This document shows positions 55,958-64,000 of a stretch of 64,000 nt of DNA, piece after piece (within the stretch, counting starts at the first letter, position 1; every line of letters begins with the position of its first letter). A program made the translations under genes and the position numbers. The stretch spans positions 34,322 to 98,321 of the forward strand of contig JACDEI010000002.1 in the NCBI GenBank assembly GCA_013816485.1, written 5' to 3'. The notes under the pieces are model-generated. The model saw only the letters and a list, made by a program, of their open reading frames with translations. It did not search any database and was not told the origin of the DNA. Origin of the DNA: Planctomycetota bacterium (GTDB lineage: Bacteria; Planctomycetota; UBA11346).

Positions 55958-57727
55958 ATGACTCCGCCCATCACTGCTCCGACGCCCAAAAAGCCCCTGT
56001 CCACCGTGGTGGAGCAGGAACTGGCCAAGTACAAGTCGACCCTCGACGCGCTGCATGCTGGCGCCATCGACCCGGACAAGGTCTTCAAGCCCTTCCGTCT
56101 GGTGCAGGGCGTCTACGGCCAGCGCCAGGGCGGCGAGAACCAGATGGTGCGCATCAAGCTGAAGTACGGCGTGGTCACGCCGGAACAGATGCGCGGTCTG
56201 GCTGACACGTCGGAAAAATACACCAACGGCATCAGCCACATCACCACCCGTCAGGCGATCCAGTTCCACTACATCCCGCTCGACAACACGCCGATGCTGC
56301 TGCGCGACCTCGAAGAGGTCGGCCTGACCTGCCGCGAAGCCTGCGGCAACGCCGTGCGCGCGGTATGTGGCAGCCCCAACGCCGGCACGCTGCTCGACGA
56401 GCCGTTCGACATCGACCCCTACAGCGACGCGGTGTTCTACCACTTCCTGCGTGGACCGCTCTCGGCCAGCCTGCCGCGCAAGTTCAAGATCAGCTTCGGC
56501 TCGTCGGACAAGGATCCGCTGCAGCAGATCAACATTCAGGACATCGGCGTGATGGCCGTGACGGTCGACGGCAAGCAGGGCTTCCGCATCGTCGCCGCTG
56601 GTGGCCTCGGCTCCATGCCGGTCGCGCCGCTCAAGCTCTACGACTGCCTGCCCAAGGATCAGCTCATCCCGGTGTGCGAAGCCCTGGTGCGCGTGCACCA
56701 CAAGTACGGCGACCGCACCAATCGCGCCAAGGCGCGCCTGAAGTTCGTGCTCAAAGCCAAGGGGCCGGAAGGTTTCCGCGCGCTGTTCGAGGAACAGCTC
56801 GCCGCGGCGATCGCGGATGGCATCAAGGGCCAGGCGTTCCCCGATACGCTCAAGCCCGCCAATCCCACAGCGATTCCCGTCGTGGACGGTGAAGAAGGCG
56901 CGTGGCGCAAAGCCAACGTCCGTCCGCACCGCGAAGCCGGCTTGGCCGTCGTCTCGCTGCGCATCCCGCGCGGTGACGTCCCGGCGCGCGAGATGCGCGT
57001 GCTGGCCGATCTCTGCGAGTGGTTCAGCGACGGCGACGCGCGCACCACCAACGACCAGAACATTCTGTTCCGGCGGGTGAAGCACGAGCACTTGTCCAAG
57101 CTCTACGCCGAACTGAAGAAGCTCGGCTACCACGATCCGGCCCACGGCATCCTCGACGTGGTCAGCTGCCCAGGCGCCAGCACCTGCATGCTCGGCATCT
57201 GCCTGTCGAAGAACATGGCCACCGAACTGGAGAAGGCCCTCGCTCCGCTCGGTGCCAAGGTCAGCCTCAACGGTTCGCGCATCAACGTCAGCGGCTGCCC
57301 GAATTCCTGCGGTCAGCACCACATCGGCACCATCGGCCTGCACGGCGCGGCGTCGAAGATCGGCGACAAGCTGATCCCACACTACGTGCTGTTCGTCGGC
57401 GGTGGTGATGAAGGCGATGCGATCCACCACGGCACCATGATCGCGCGCATCCCGGCGCGGAAGGCCGCCGAGACCATCACCACGTTGGCCGGTTGGTTCG
57501 AGACCGAGCGCACGGGCACCGAGACCTTCGCCCAATACCTGCGTCGCCTGGTCGGCGCGGGTGCGGACAAGGACGTCGCGAAGGCGGCCAAGGCCGCGCT
57601 CAAGGAACGCCTGACCCCGATCTTCGCCCTCGCCGAAGGCCAGATCACCGAGGCGCACCTGCACGACTACGGCAGCGACAAGCTCTTCAGCCTCGACGAA
57701 CTCGGCGCTGGCGAGTGCATGGCCTGA
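55958..57727 (+). CDS. Ferredoxin-dependent sulfite/nitrite reductase hemoprotein (siroheme + 4Fe-4S)
   Basis: Duplicated NIR/SIR domains. Cys clusters CPGASTCMLGIC and VSGCPNSCGQHH. Start MTPPITAP at 55958; the ORF-track extension is spurious. Confidence 0.85.
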   Translation: MTPPITAPTPKKPLSTVVEQELAKYKSTLDALHAGAIDPDKVFKPFRLVQGVYGQRQGGENQMVRIKLKYGVVTPEQMRGLADTSEKYTNGISHITTRQAIQFHYIPLDNTPMLLRDLEEVGLTCREACGNAVRAVCGSPNAGTLLDEPFDIDPYSDAVFYHFLRGPLSASLPRKFKISFGSSDKDPLQQINIQDIGVMAVTVDGKQGFRIVAAGGLGSMPVAPLKLYDCLPKDQLIPVCEALVRVHHKYGDRTNRAKARLKFVLKAKGPEGFRALFEEQLAAAIADGIKGQAFPDTLKPANPTAIPVVDGEEGAWRKANVRPHREAGLAVVSLRIPRGDVPAREMRVLADLCEWFSDGDARTTNDQNILFRRVKHEHLSKLYAELKKLGYHDPAHGILDVVSCPGASTCMLGICLSKNMATELEKALAPLGAKVSLNGSRINVSGCPNSCGQHHIGTIGLHGAASKIGDKLIPHYVLFVGGGDEGDAIHHGTMIARIPARKAAETITTLAGWFETERTGTETFAQYLRRLVGAGADKDVAKAAKAALKERLTPIFALAEGQITEAHLHDYGSDKLFSLDELGAGECMA

Positions 57728-57823
57728 GCAGGCATCGCCTGCCCACCAGGACGATCACCGCGTAGCGGTGGCCGTCCTGGTCACGTATCGCCCTGCGCTC
57801 AGTCGATCCAAGGACTGGATCCC

Positions 57824-59821
57824 TTACAAAACTATCGCTCGTGTTCCGGCTGCAGCGGCATCCGCGGTGGCGGTGATGTCTGCCAAGTGCTGGGCATCCG
57901 GGCGATCGCGGCCGATCTTCACCGTGTAGGTTCCTGGGGCGAACACCGGTGGCTGGTAACGTGGTCCCGTAACTCGCACGCTGTAGAGCATCTCGCCGGT
58001 GGTGTCGTTGATGACCTGGACTACCGCGCTGGACGCGCCGGTGAAAGTCAGCTCTGGCAGCCACGCCACTGGTTTTCGTCCGTCGTTAGCATCCATCGGG
58101 ACGGTGATCGGCCAGCCTGGGAACTGCGCCACATTCCCATGTTTGGCGTCAGAGAATCGCGGCCAGCATTCAAAGGTCACGGTGCGAGCGGATTTGCTGA
58201 AGCGTACGATGCCATAGCCGTCGGCGCGCTGCCGTTCGTTGGCGATGTCGGGCGGATTAGCGTACGCCAGCATCGACAGCTTGTTGCCCAGCCCATCAAG
58301 AAAGTCCCCGGTCCACGGCAGTGGGCTGCCCGGCACCGGATTGGGGCCTGCCTTTTCATCGAGCGGATGCCACCAGCGTCCGTAGATGGTGTTGACCAGG
58401 GCCGGACTGGTGAAGCTGTAGGGACCATCGCCGAAACCGTCGAGGCCGTGTTTGGTCACCACGGCCAAGTGTTGGTCACCGCACAGATGGACCGCACGGG
58501 CGCGGCGGATCGCTTCGACGGCGCGACGGCGTGGTGTCTGTGGCCAGCCGTTACAGTCGAGGTCGGCGAGCAAACGACTGTTGCGGCCCCCGTGCATGTG
58601 CACCGCGCCACAGAAGGCGGTCTGCGACAAGACCACCTTGAGGTCAGCACCTTGCCAGTCCTCGGCCCAGGACGCGAGGAAACGTTCCTGTCGCTGACCG
58701 AGCAGTTCCAGCCCCGGCAGATCGATGGTCGTCGGATCATACGTGGGATCATTGATGTGATCCGGTCGCGGGCCCATCTTGGGGATCTTGCCCGCTGGCC
58801 CACTTTTGAATTTGCGGTCTTCGAGAATGGCGAAGTCGATGCCGCCGACCCGCAGGCGAGTGAAATACACCGAGATGCCACGCTCGATCGGAGTGGGATC
58901 CACCGGGTCGGGCAGATTCCAACTTTGTTGGCGCTGCACCATGTTGACGTACTCGACCGGATAGAAGTAACCGCCGTCGGAGTTGTCCTTGGCCACCGAG
59001 CGTTTGCCGTTTTCGCCCCACAGGTTCGGGTGACCGACATCGTGGTCGTCGGGAATGCTGATGGTTGGACGGTCGCGCATGACATCGCGGAACTGCAGAC
59101 CGAACTCGATCCAGCCGGCGGTGTGTTCGGTATGGCGATAGGTTTGGTCACCGGCGAAAAACAGCAGATCGGGATCGTGTGCCAACAGGTGTTCGACGAT
59201 CTCTGGCCGACCGCCGGTCGTGCGACTGGAATTGCACGACATGTTGGCGACCACGATGATGTCCTGGTCGAGCGGATCGCGGCGAATACGTCCGCTGAAC
59301 AGCGCCTGCTCACCGTGGCGCACGCGATAAGGGACGTCCTTGGTGGCATCCCATCCTTCCATACGAAAATGAGCGCTCCAGCCGGGCATGGTCACCGGCA
59401 CGGTGGCGACCATCGTCCACACGCCGCCCTGTTCCAACTCCAGGCGCACGTCACGTGATTCGTTCGGCTTCAACGGATAAAGTTGGGCAGTCAGTTTGAG
59501 CACACCGTGGTCGTGGGTGTAGAGCGCGAACGCCACCACCTGATCGCGCGGGACATCCATCGTCGGGGGTGGATTTTGTTTTGGCGGCATGGCCAACCAC
59601 CACTCACCGGTGGCGAGCGAATCCAGGCGTGGGAATTCGGCACCAAACACGCTCGCGCTGGTGACTCCAGCATTGGCAGCTTCCGCTGCCTGCATGAGCG
59701 ATTGTACCGGCGTCAGGGCCAAGGTGCTGAGGGTGGCGGCGGTGGCTTTGAGCGCATCCCGGCGGGTGATGCCAGCGGTGGATCCAGGAACCTGCGTTGA
59801 AGTGTGCGGCGGTATGGTCAT
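57824..59821 (-). CDS. PhoD-like alkaline phosphatase/phosphodiesterase, Tat-secreted
   Basis: Twin-arginine signal TRRDALKATAATLSTLAL. Metallophosphatase motifs (FFAGDQTY, DDHDVGHPN). About 665 aa. Confidence 0.8.
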   Translation of the reverse strand: MTIPPHTSTQVPGSTAGITRRDALKATAATLSTLALTPVQSLMQAAEAANAGVTSASVFGAEFPRLDSLATGEWWLAMPPKQNPPPTMDVPRDQVVAFALYTHDHGVLKLTAQLYPLKPNESRDVRLELEQGGVWTMVATVPVTMPGWSAHFRMEGWDATKDVPYRVRHGEQALFSGRIRRDPLDQDIIVVANMSCNSSRTTGGRPEIVEHLLAHDPDLLFFAGDQTYRHTEHTAGWIEFGLQFRDVMRDRPTISIPDDHDVGHPNLWGENGKRSVAKDNSDGGYFYPVEYVNMVQRQQSWNLPDPVDPTPIERGISVYFTRLRVGGIDFAILEDRKFKSGPAGKIPKMGPRPDHINDPTYDPTTIDLPGLELLGQRQERFLASWAEDWQGADLKVVLSQTAFCGAVHMHGGRNSRLLADLDCNGWPQTPRRRAVEAIRRARAVHLCGDQHLAVVTKHGLDGFGDGPYSFTSPALVNTIYGRWWHPLDEKAGPNPVPGSPLPWTGDFLDGLGNKLSMLAYANPPDIANERQRADGYGIVRFSKSARTVTFECWPRFSDAKHGNVAQFPGWPITVPMDANDGRKPVAWLPELTFTGASSAVVQVINDTTGEMLYSVRVTGPRYQPPVFAPGTYTVKIGRDRPDAQHLADITATADAAAAGTRAIVL

Positions 59822-60230
59822 GCGGAAACTCCAGGAGCATGAGGTATGGCAAACCGGAGCGGATCTTTCACGCAAATCGCCGATTAGAGCATGGACCTCC
59901 CATGTTGCCGTGAGGACCTTTGCACACGCCGGACAAGGAAACCTGACGGCAGGCGGAGCCGCTTCGTTCGGCAGGCCACAGGCTCGGCTTGAACACCGTC
60001 CGCTGGTGCGGTTGGACGGCCTCCCGTGCCACATGTGCGGAGAGAACGGACCTGGCGTGACTCCGCGACCATGGAGGACTGCAGGGCGAGCATGCGGGTG
60101 TAACGGTATTTCTGTCTCAGATTTCTGTCAGGTCCGATGTGCGACGCCGCCAGATGTCGGCACAACTTCCAGCTTGCCGGCCCGTATGGTTTGCCTGTGC
60201 TACCGCACGTTGACCCATCGGAGTCCGACC

Positions 60231-61466
60231 ATGTCCATTCGCGCGATCCTATCCCTCACCGTCTGTGCCGCATTCGTGGTGGCACCGGCCGCCGACTGGC
60301 CGCAGTACCGTGGCCCGAATGGCGACGGCAAGACCGATGAGAAGATCCTCACCACCTGGCCGGCTGACGGCCCCAAGGTGGCCTGGAAGATCCCGATGGG
60401 CGAAGGTTTCGGTGTGGTGGCGGTGGTGGGCGATCGCGGCTACGTCTTCGCGGAGCGCAACAAGGAAGAGGCCTGCATCGCCCTCGACATCGCCACCGGC
60501 AAGGAAGTGTGGGCAACGCCACTCGGCAAGACCATCTTCGAAGGCAATGGCAACGGCCCGCGTTCGACCCCGACCATCGTCGGCGACCATGTGTATGTGC
60601 TCGGCACCTACCTGCGCCTGAGCTGCCTGTCGGCCAAGGACGGCAAGGTGGTGTGGAGCCACGACATCCAGGCGGAAAACAGCGGCCAGAACGACACCAA
60701 GGGCATCAAGTCGTGGGGCAATTCGATGTCGCCAGTGGTCGAAGGTGACGTGGTCATGGTCGCCGGTGGTGGCAGCGGGCAGACCTTCCTCTTTTTCGAC
60801 CGCAAGACCGGCAAGGTGCTGGGCAAACACGGTGATGAAAAGATCACCCACGCCTCGCCGACCCCGACCGAGATCGCTGGCCAGCGCCAAGTGATCTTCT
60901 TTACCCAGCAGGGCCTGACTAGCCTCGACGCCAAAGCCGGTGCATTATTGTGGCATGCGGACTTCCCGTGGAGCGTCTCAACCGCGGCCGGTGCCGTGGT
61001 CGATGGCGACATCGTCTACTGCTCAGCCGGCTACGGTGTCGGTGCCGGAGCCTTCAAGATCACCAAGCAGGGCGGCAGCTGGAAATCGAGCGAGATCTGG
61101 CGCAAGAAGGAACTACCCAGCCACTGGTCGACGCCAGTCGCGCACAAGGGTCACCTCTACGGCCTGTTCGGCTTCAAGGAGTTTAAGACCGAGCCGCTCA
61201 AGTGTGTCGACATCACCACCGGCAAGGAACTGTGGGCGGAATCCGGCTTCGGTCAGGGCGGCAGCATCCTGGTCGGTGACAACGTGTTGACCCAGGGCGA
61301 CCAGGGCCAGTTGGTGTTGTCCAAGGCGACGCCGGAGAAATACGTCGAACTCGCCCGTGCGCAGGTGCTCAGCGGCAAGTGCTGGAATAATCCCTCGGTG
61401 GCGAACGGCCTGGTGTTCTGCCGTAGCACCAAGGAGATCGTCTGTTTGGATCTGCGGGTCAAGTGA
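60231..61466 (+). CDS. PQQ-repeat beta-propeller protein (BamB-like), secreted
   Basis: Signal peptide MSIRAILSLTVCAAFVVAPA. Repeated motifs of the form D..G..W... Confidence 0.7.
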   Translation: MSIRAILSLTVCAAFVVAPAADWPQYRGPNGDGKTDEKILTTWPADGPKVAWKIPMGEGFGVVAVVGDRGYVFAERNKEEACIALDIATGKEVWATPLGKTIFEGNGNGPRSTPTIVGDHVYVLGTYLRLSCLSAKDGKVVWSHDIQAENSGQNDTKGIKSWGNSMSPVVEGDVVMVAGGGSGQTFLFFDRKTGKVLGKHGDEKITHASPTPTEIAGQRQVIFFTQQGLTSLDAKAGALLWHADFPWSVSTAAGAVVDGDIVYCSAGYGVGAGAFKITKQGGSWKSSEIWRKKELPSHWSTPVAHKGHLYGLFGFKEFKTEPLKCVDITTGKELWAESGFGQGGSILVGDNVLTQGDQGQLVLSKATPEKYVELARAQVLSGKCWNNPSVANGLVFCRSTKEIVCLDLRVK

Positions 61467-61473
61467 GCCTGAT

Positions 61474-61824
61474 ATGCGGGGTGTGAACTGGCTTGTCCTC
61501 TGCTGTATTTCTGCCGCGGCATTCAGCGAAGAAGTCTTCCTGATTGACGTACGCGCCGCTGATCCATTGCTGACCCCCAAGGCCAAGGATCAAGTGGTAG
61601 TCATTGGGATCGACAACGGCAAGGACGACGAACTGATCATCGCCGTCCGATATGGTGGGATCTATGAATGGTCCGCAGAGCTCAGGATTGGGCCGCGCAT
61701 CGTACCACTCAAGCCGACGCCCGATCTCTTATACTCAGGGACCAGGATGAAACTGGGCGATGCCTTCACCAAGGAAGATGCAAAGCTCATGACGTTGGTG
61801 ATCACCAGCGGAATCTTCAAATAG
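61474..61824 (+). CDS. Small secreted hypothetical protein (116 aa)
   Basis: Signal peptide MRGVNWLVLCCISAAAFS. Lies 8 nt after the propeller gene. Confidence 0.4.
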   Translation: MRGVNWLVLCCISAAAFSEEVFLIDVRAADPLLTPKAKDQVVVIGIDNGKDDELIIAVRYGGIYEWSAELRIGPRIVPLKPTPDLLYSGTRMKLGDAFTKEDAKLMTLVITSGIFK

Positions 61825-61845
61825 AGCGCTGATTGTCGCCGCGAT

Positions 61846-62268
61846 TCACTTCCGCTTCAACACCACCTTCGCCAACGGATTCGACACCGGCGTCAACTCC
61901 ATGCCGCCATCGATCAGGCGGATGAGGCTGCGTTCCTTCGCGCCTTCGGCGCTAGTGCTTTCGGTGGTGATGGTGTCACCGTCGATCGCGATGATGACGT
62001 AGGCCTCCTCTTGTTTCATGCCGCTCACCAGGGTGGTGACGCGGTTCTCGGTGAAGGTCCACACCATGCCGGCGGCCTGGGTGACGAACGCCGCCTTGGC
62101 GATCTTGGCGGTCTCGGGTGGCAGGGCCTTCATCTCCGGTAGGCCCTGGAGTTTCGTCCAGGTGGACTCGACATCGATGGTCCAGTCACCGACCAGATCC
62201 TTGGCCGCGGCGGCGGCGAGGGGGAGAGAACAGGTCACAAGGAGCAAGGCGACGATGGCGAGACGCAT
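61846..62268 (-). CDS. Small secreted hypothetical protein (140 aa)
   Basis: Signal peptide MRLAIVALLLVTCSLPLAAAAA. No known motif. Confidence 0.45.
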   Translation of the reverse strand: MRLAIVALLLVTCSLPLAAAAAKDLVGDWTIDVESTWTKLQGLPEMKALPPETAKIAKAAFVTQAAGMVWTFTENRVTTLVSGMKQEEAYVIIAIDGDTITTESTSAEGAKERSLIRLIDGGMELTPVSNPLAKVVLKRK

Positions 62269-62413
62269 GGGTACTCCAGAAGTCCCGGCACGGGATCACC
62301 TGTCCCGGTGGGTGCAAGCAGCGGGCGGATTGCCGACGTGCGAGGGGTGCTGACCGTGGTATGTCGTTACCGTCCTGCCACCGTATCCGCCGCCAACATC
62401 CTGGGAGACGCCC

Positions 62414-63556
62414 ATGTCCCGTTCCTGGTCCGCCATCATCGCCCTGTTCCTCGGTGCCCTGCTGCCGCTGGTTGCAGGCGATGCGCCGAAACTCGTCCCA
62501 GTCTTCGCTGAGCGCACCTTCGAACGTCCGCTCGGGCTCTACCAGCCGGGTGACGGCAAACGCATCTACGTGCTCCAGCAGCGCGGCACGGTGTTGGTCT
62601 TCACGCCGAATGGCAGCCCCGACGGCAGCGTCTTCCTGCAGCGCCAGGTGCTGCACAAGGGCAATGAGGAAGGCCTGCTGTCGCTCGCCTTCCATCCGCA
62701 GTTCACGGACAACGGCACCTTCTTCCTCTACTACTGCGCCGCCGATCCACGCCGCACGGTGCTGTCACGTATGAAGGTCATGGCTGGCGACCCGACGAAG
62801 GCCGACCTCGCCAGCGAGCAGGTGCTGCTCACCGCGGATCAACCATTCGAGAACCACAACGGCGGCACGCTGCTGTTCGGTCCGGATGGTAAACTCTACC
62901 TCAGCCTGGGCGACGGGGGAGCCGCCGGTGATCCGCAGGACAACAGCCAGAAGACCAGCACGCTGCTGGGCAAGGTGCTGCGCATCGATGTGGATCAGGC
63001 GGATGCCGGACTGGCTTACGGCATTCCCAAGGACAACCCCTTCGTCGGCAAGGACGGCTGGCGGCCAGAGATCTGGGCCCTCGGCCTGCGCAATCCCTGG
63101 CGCATGTCGTTCGATCGCAAGACCGGCGACCTATGGGCTGGTGATGTGGGCCAGAACTATTGGGAAGAGATCGACGTGATCATCCGCGGTGGCAACTACG
63201 GCTGGAAGAACCACGAAGCCAAACAGCCGTTCGAGAAACGTCCCGCCATCCCAGGTGCCATCGATCCGGTCTTCGCCTACGCCCGCGGAGAAGGCCAGTC
63301 GATCACCGGCGGCTACGTCTACCGTGGCAAGCGGCTGAAGGATCTGGTCGGCGACTATGTCTTCGGCGACTTCAACACCGGCCGTATCTGGGCACTGCGA
63401 CGGAAGGGGGATGCGGTGGAGAACCGTTTGCTCATCCAACTGGCCAAGGGTCAGCAGGTGGCCTCGTTTGCTGAGGACGCGGCAGGGGAATTGTACCTCT
63501 GCACCTTCGAAGGCGCCAATGGCAATCAGGGCCGGGTGTACCGTTTTGAACCCTGA
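62414..63556 (+). CDS. PQQ-dependent soluble sugar (glucose/sorbosone) dehydrogenase, YliI-like
   Basis: Signal peptide. GSDH family motifs HNGGTLLFGPDGKLY, RNPWRMSFD, GGNYGW. Confidence 0.8.
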   Translation: MSRSWSAIIALFLGALLPLVAGDAPKLVPVFAERTFERPLGLYQPGDGKRIYVLQQRGTVLVFTPNGSPDGSVFLQRQVLHKGNEEGLLSLAFHPQFTDNGTFFLYYCAADPRRTVLSRMKVMAGDPTKADLASEQVLLTADQPFENHNGGTLLFGPDGKLYLSLGDGGAAGDPQDNSQKTSTLLGKVLRIDVDQADAGLAYGIPKDNPFVGKDGWRPEIWALGLRNPWRMSFDRKTGDLWAGDVGQNYWEEIDVIIRGGNYGWKNHEAKQPFEKRPAIPGAIDPVFAYARGEGQSITGGYVYRGKRLKDLVGDYVFGDFNTGRIWALRRKGDAVENRLLIQLAKGQQVASFAEDAAGELYLCTFEGANGNQGRVYRFEP

Positions 63557-63698
63557 CCAGGGTCTGCCGGTGCGCTGGTAGTGGATGAGGACATTCCTGG
63601 GTGAATTCCGATCATTCGTGCACGCTGGCTGAGATCTGACAGCTTCCGTAGGCGAGTGCGTCACCACGGACAGGTTTGCAGTGTTGCCGGATTCTCCG

Positions 63699-63728
63699 TT
63701 GACGTGTGATCAGCGGTATCGGTATGCT
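63699..63728 (+). promoter_or_regulatory. Possible sigma70-type promoter for hpf
   Basis: TTGACG, an 18-nt spacer, then TATGCT, about 100 nt upstream of the hpf start. Confidence 0.3.
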
Positions 63729-63831
63729 CGCTGCCGTTCCCCCTGGAACATCATCACCCCATGCCCGGACGCGCAGGGGAGCGCCGGACGAACGATGCCC
63801 CCATAAACGCGGGGCAAGAGCGAGGCAACCC

Positions 63832-64000
63832 ATGGTCGATATTCACATCACCGGCGTGCGCTACCAGGTTTCGGACAAGGTGAAGACCTACATCCAGACC
63901 AAACTCGGTTCTCTCAATCGTTTCCATCACGGTCTGCAAAAGGTCCACGTCACCATCCACGAAGCCGAACAGAACACCTACCGCGTCGATGTAGACATGC
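63832..64000 (+). CDS. hpf: Ribosome hibernation promoting factor (HPF/RaiA), N-terminal fragment; gene continues beyond the window
   Basis: MVDIHITGVRYQVSDKVKTYIQTKLGSLNRFHHGLQKVHVTIHEAEQNTYRVDVD matches the HPF N-terminus. Confidence 0.75.
   Translation, partial: MVDIHITGVRYQVSDKVKTYIQTKLGSLNRFHHGLQKVHVTIHEAEQNTYRVDVDM

Overview
This is a high-GC (about 65-70%) bacterial chromosomal segment with no rRNA, CRISPR array or obvious mobile element. From the ORF translations and by folding the tRNAs by hand I can support about 50 protein genes and 3 tRNAs, all on the minus strand: tRNA-Thr(CGU), and tRNA-Pro(CGG) followed by tRNA-Gly(CCC).

Most of the window is housekeeping. The recognisable genes are rpsI, pyrH, frr, pth, rpmH, mutM, ftsH, rpmI, rplT, mreB, glgB, ftsB, a 2-Cys peroxiredoxin, an RluA-type pseudouridine synthase, a PiT phosphate transporter with its DUF47 partner, an FGGY sugar kinase and the start of hpf.

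Several lipid and secondary-metabolism modules are interspersed among them:
- A tightly overlapping minus-strand operon of a type III polyketide synthase, an MMPL/RND transporter, a small membrane protein and a UbiE-like methyltransferase. It has a convergent membrane desaturase at its 3' end and a divergent ferredoxin-type sulfite/nitrite reductase at its 5' end. This looks like a phenolic-lipid (alkylresorcinol or alkylpyrone type) biosynthesis and export module and is my top candidate for an undescribed system.
- A mini-cluster of an acyl carrier protein, an atypical beta-ketoacyl synthase with a Cys-less KS-like C-terminal half, a YhcH/DUF386 cupin and a divergent acyl-AMP ligase.
- A 1182-aa triple fusion of an LplT-like MFS transporter, a PlsC-type acyltransferase and an acyl-ACP synthetase (Aas).

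Other notable genes:
- A 1539-aa protein that is almost entirely coiled coil, flanked by unusual repeat structures.
- Two giant BatA/VWA membrane proteins that are translationally coupled.
- A lone NusG-paralog antiterminator of the UpxY/RfaH/LoaP type.
- Signalling parts: a receiver-PP2C phosphatase, a STAS antagonist, a Ser/Thr kinase and an FHA protein.
- Ribosomal proteins L20 and L34 with C-terminal extensions, in fragmented ribosomal-protein gene contexts.

The gene content and the fragmented ribosomal operons are compatible with a Planctomycetota-like or related high-GC lineage, but this is only a guess. All calls rest on motif recognition by eye. I ran no database search.
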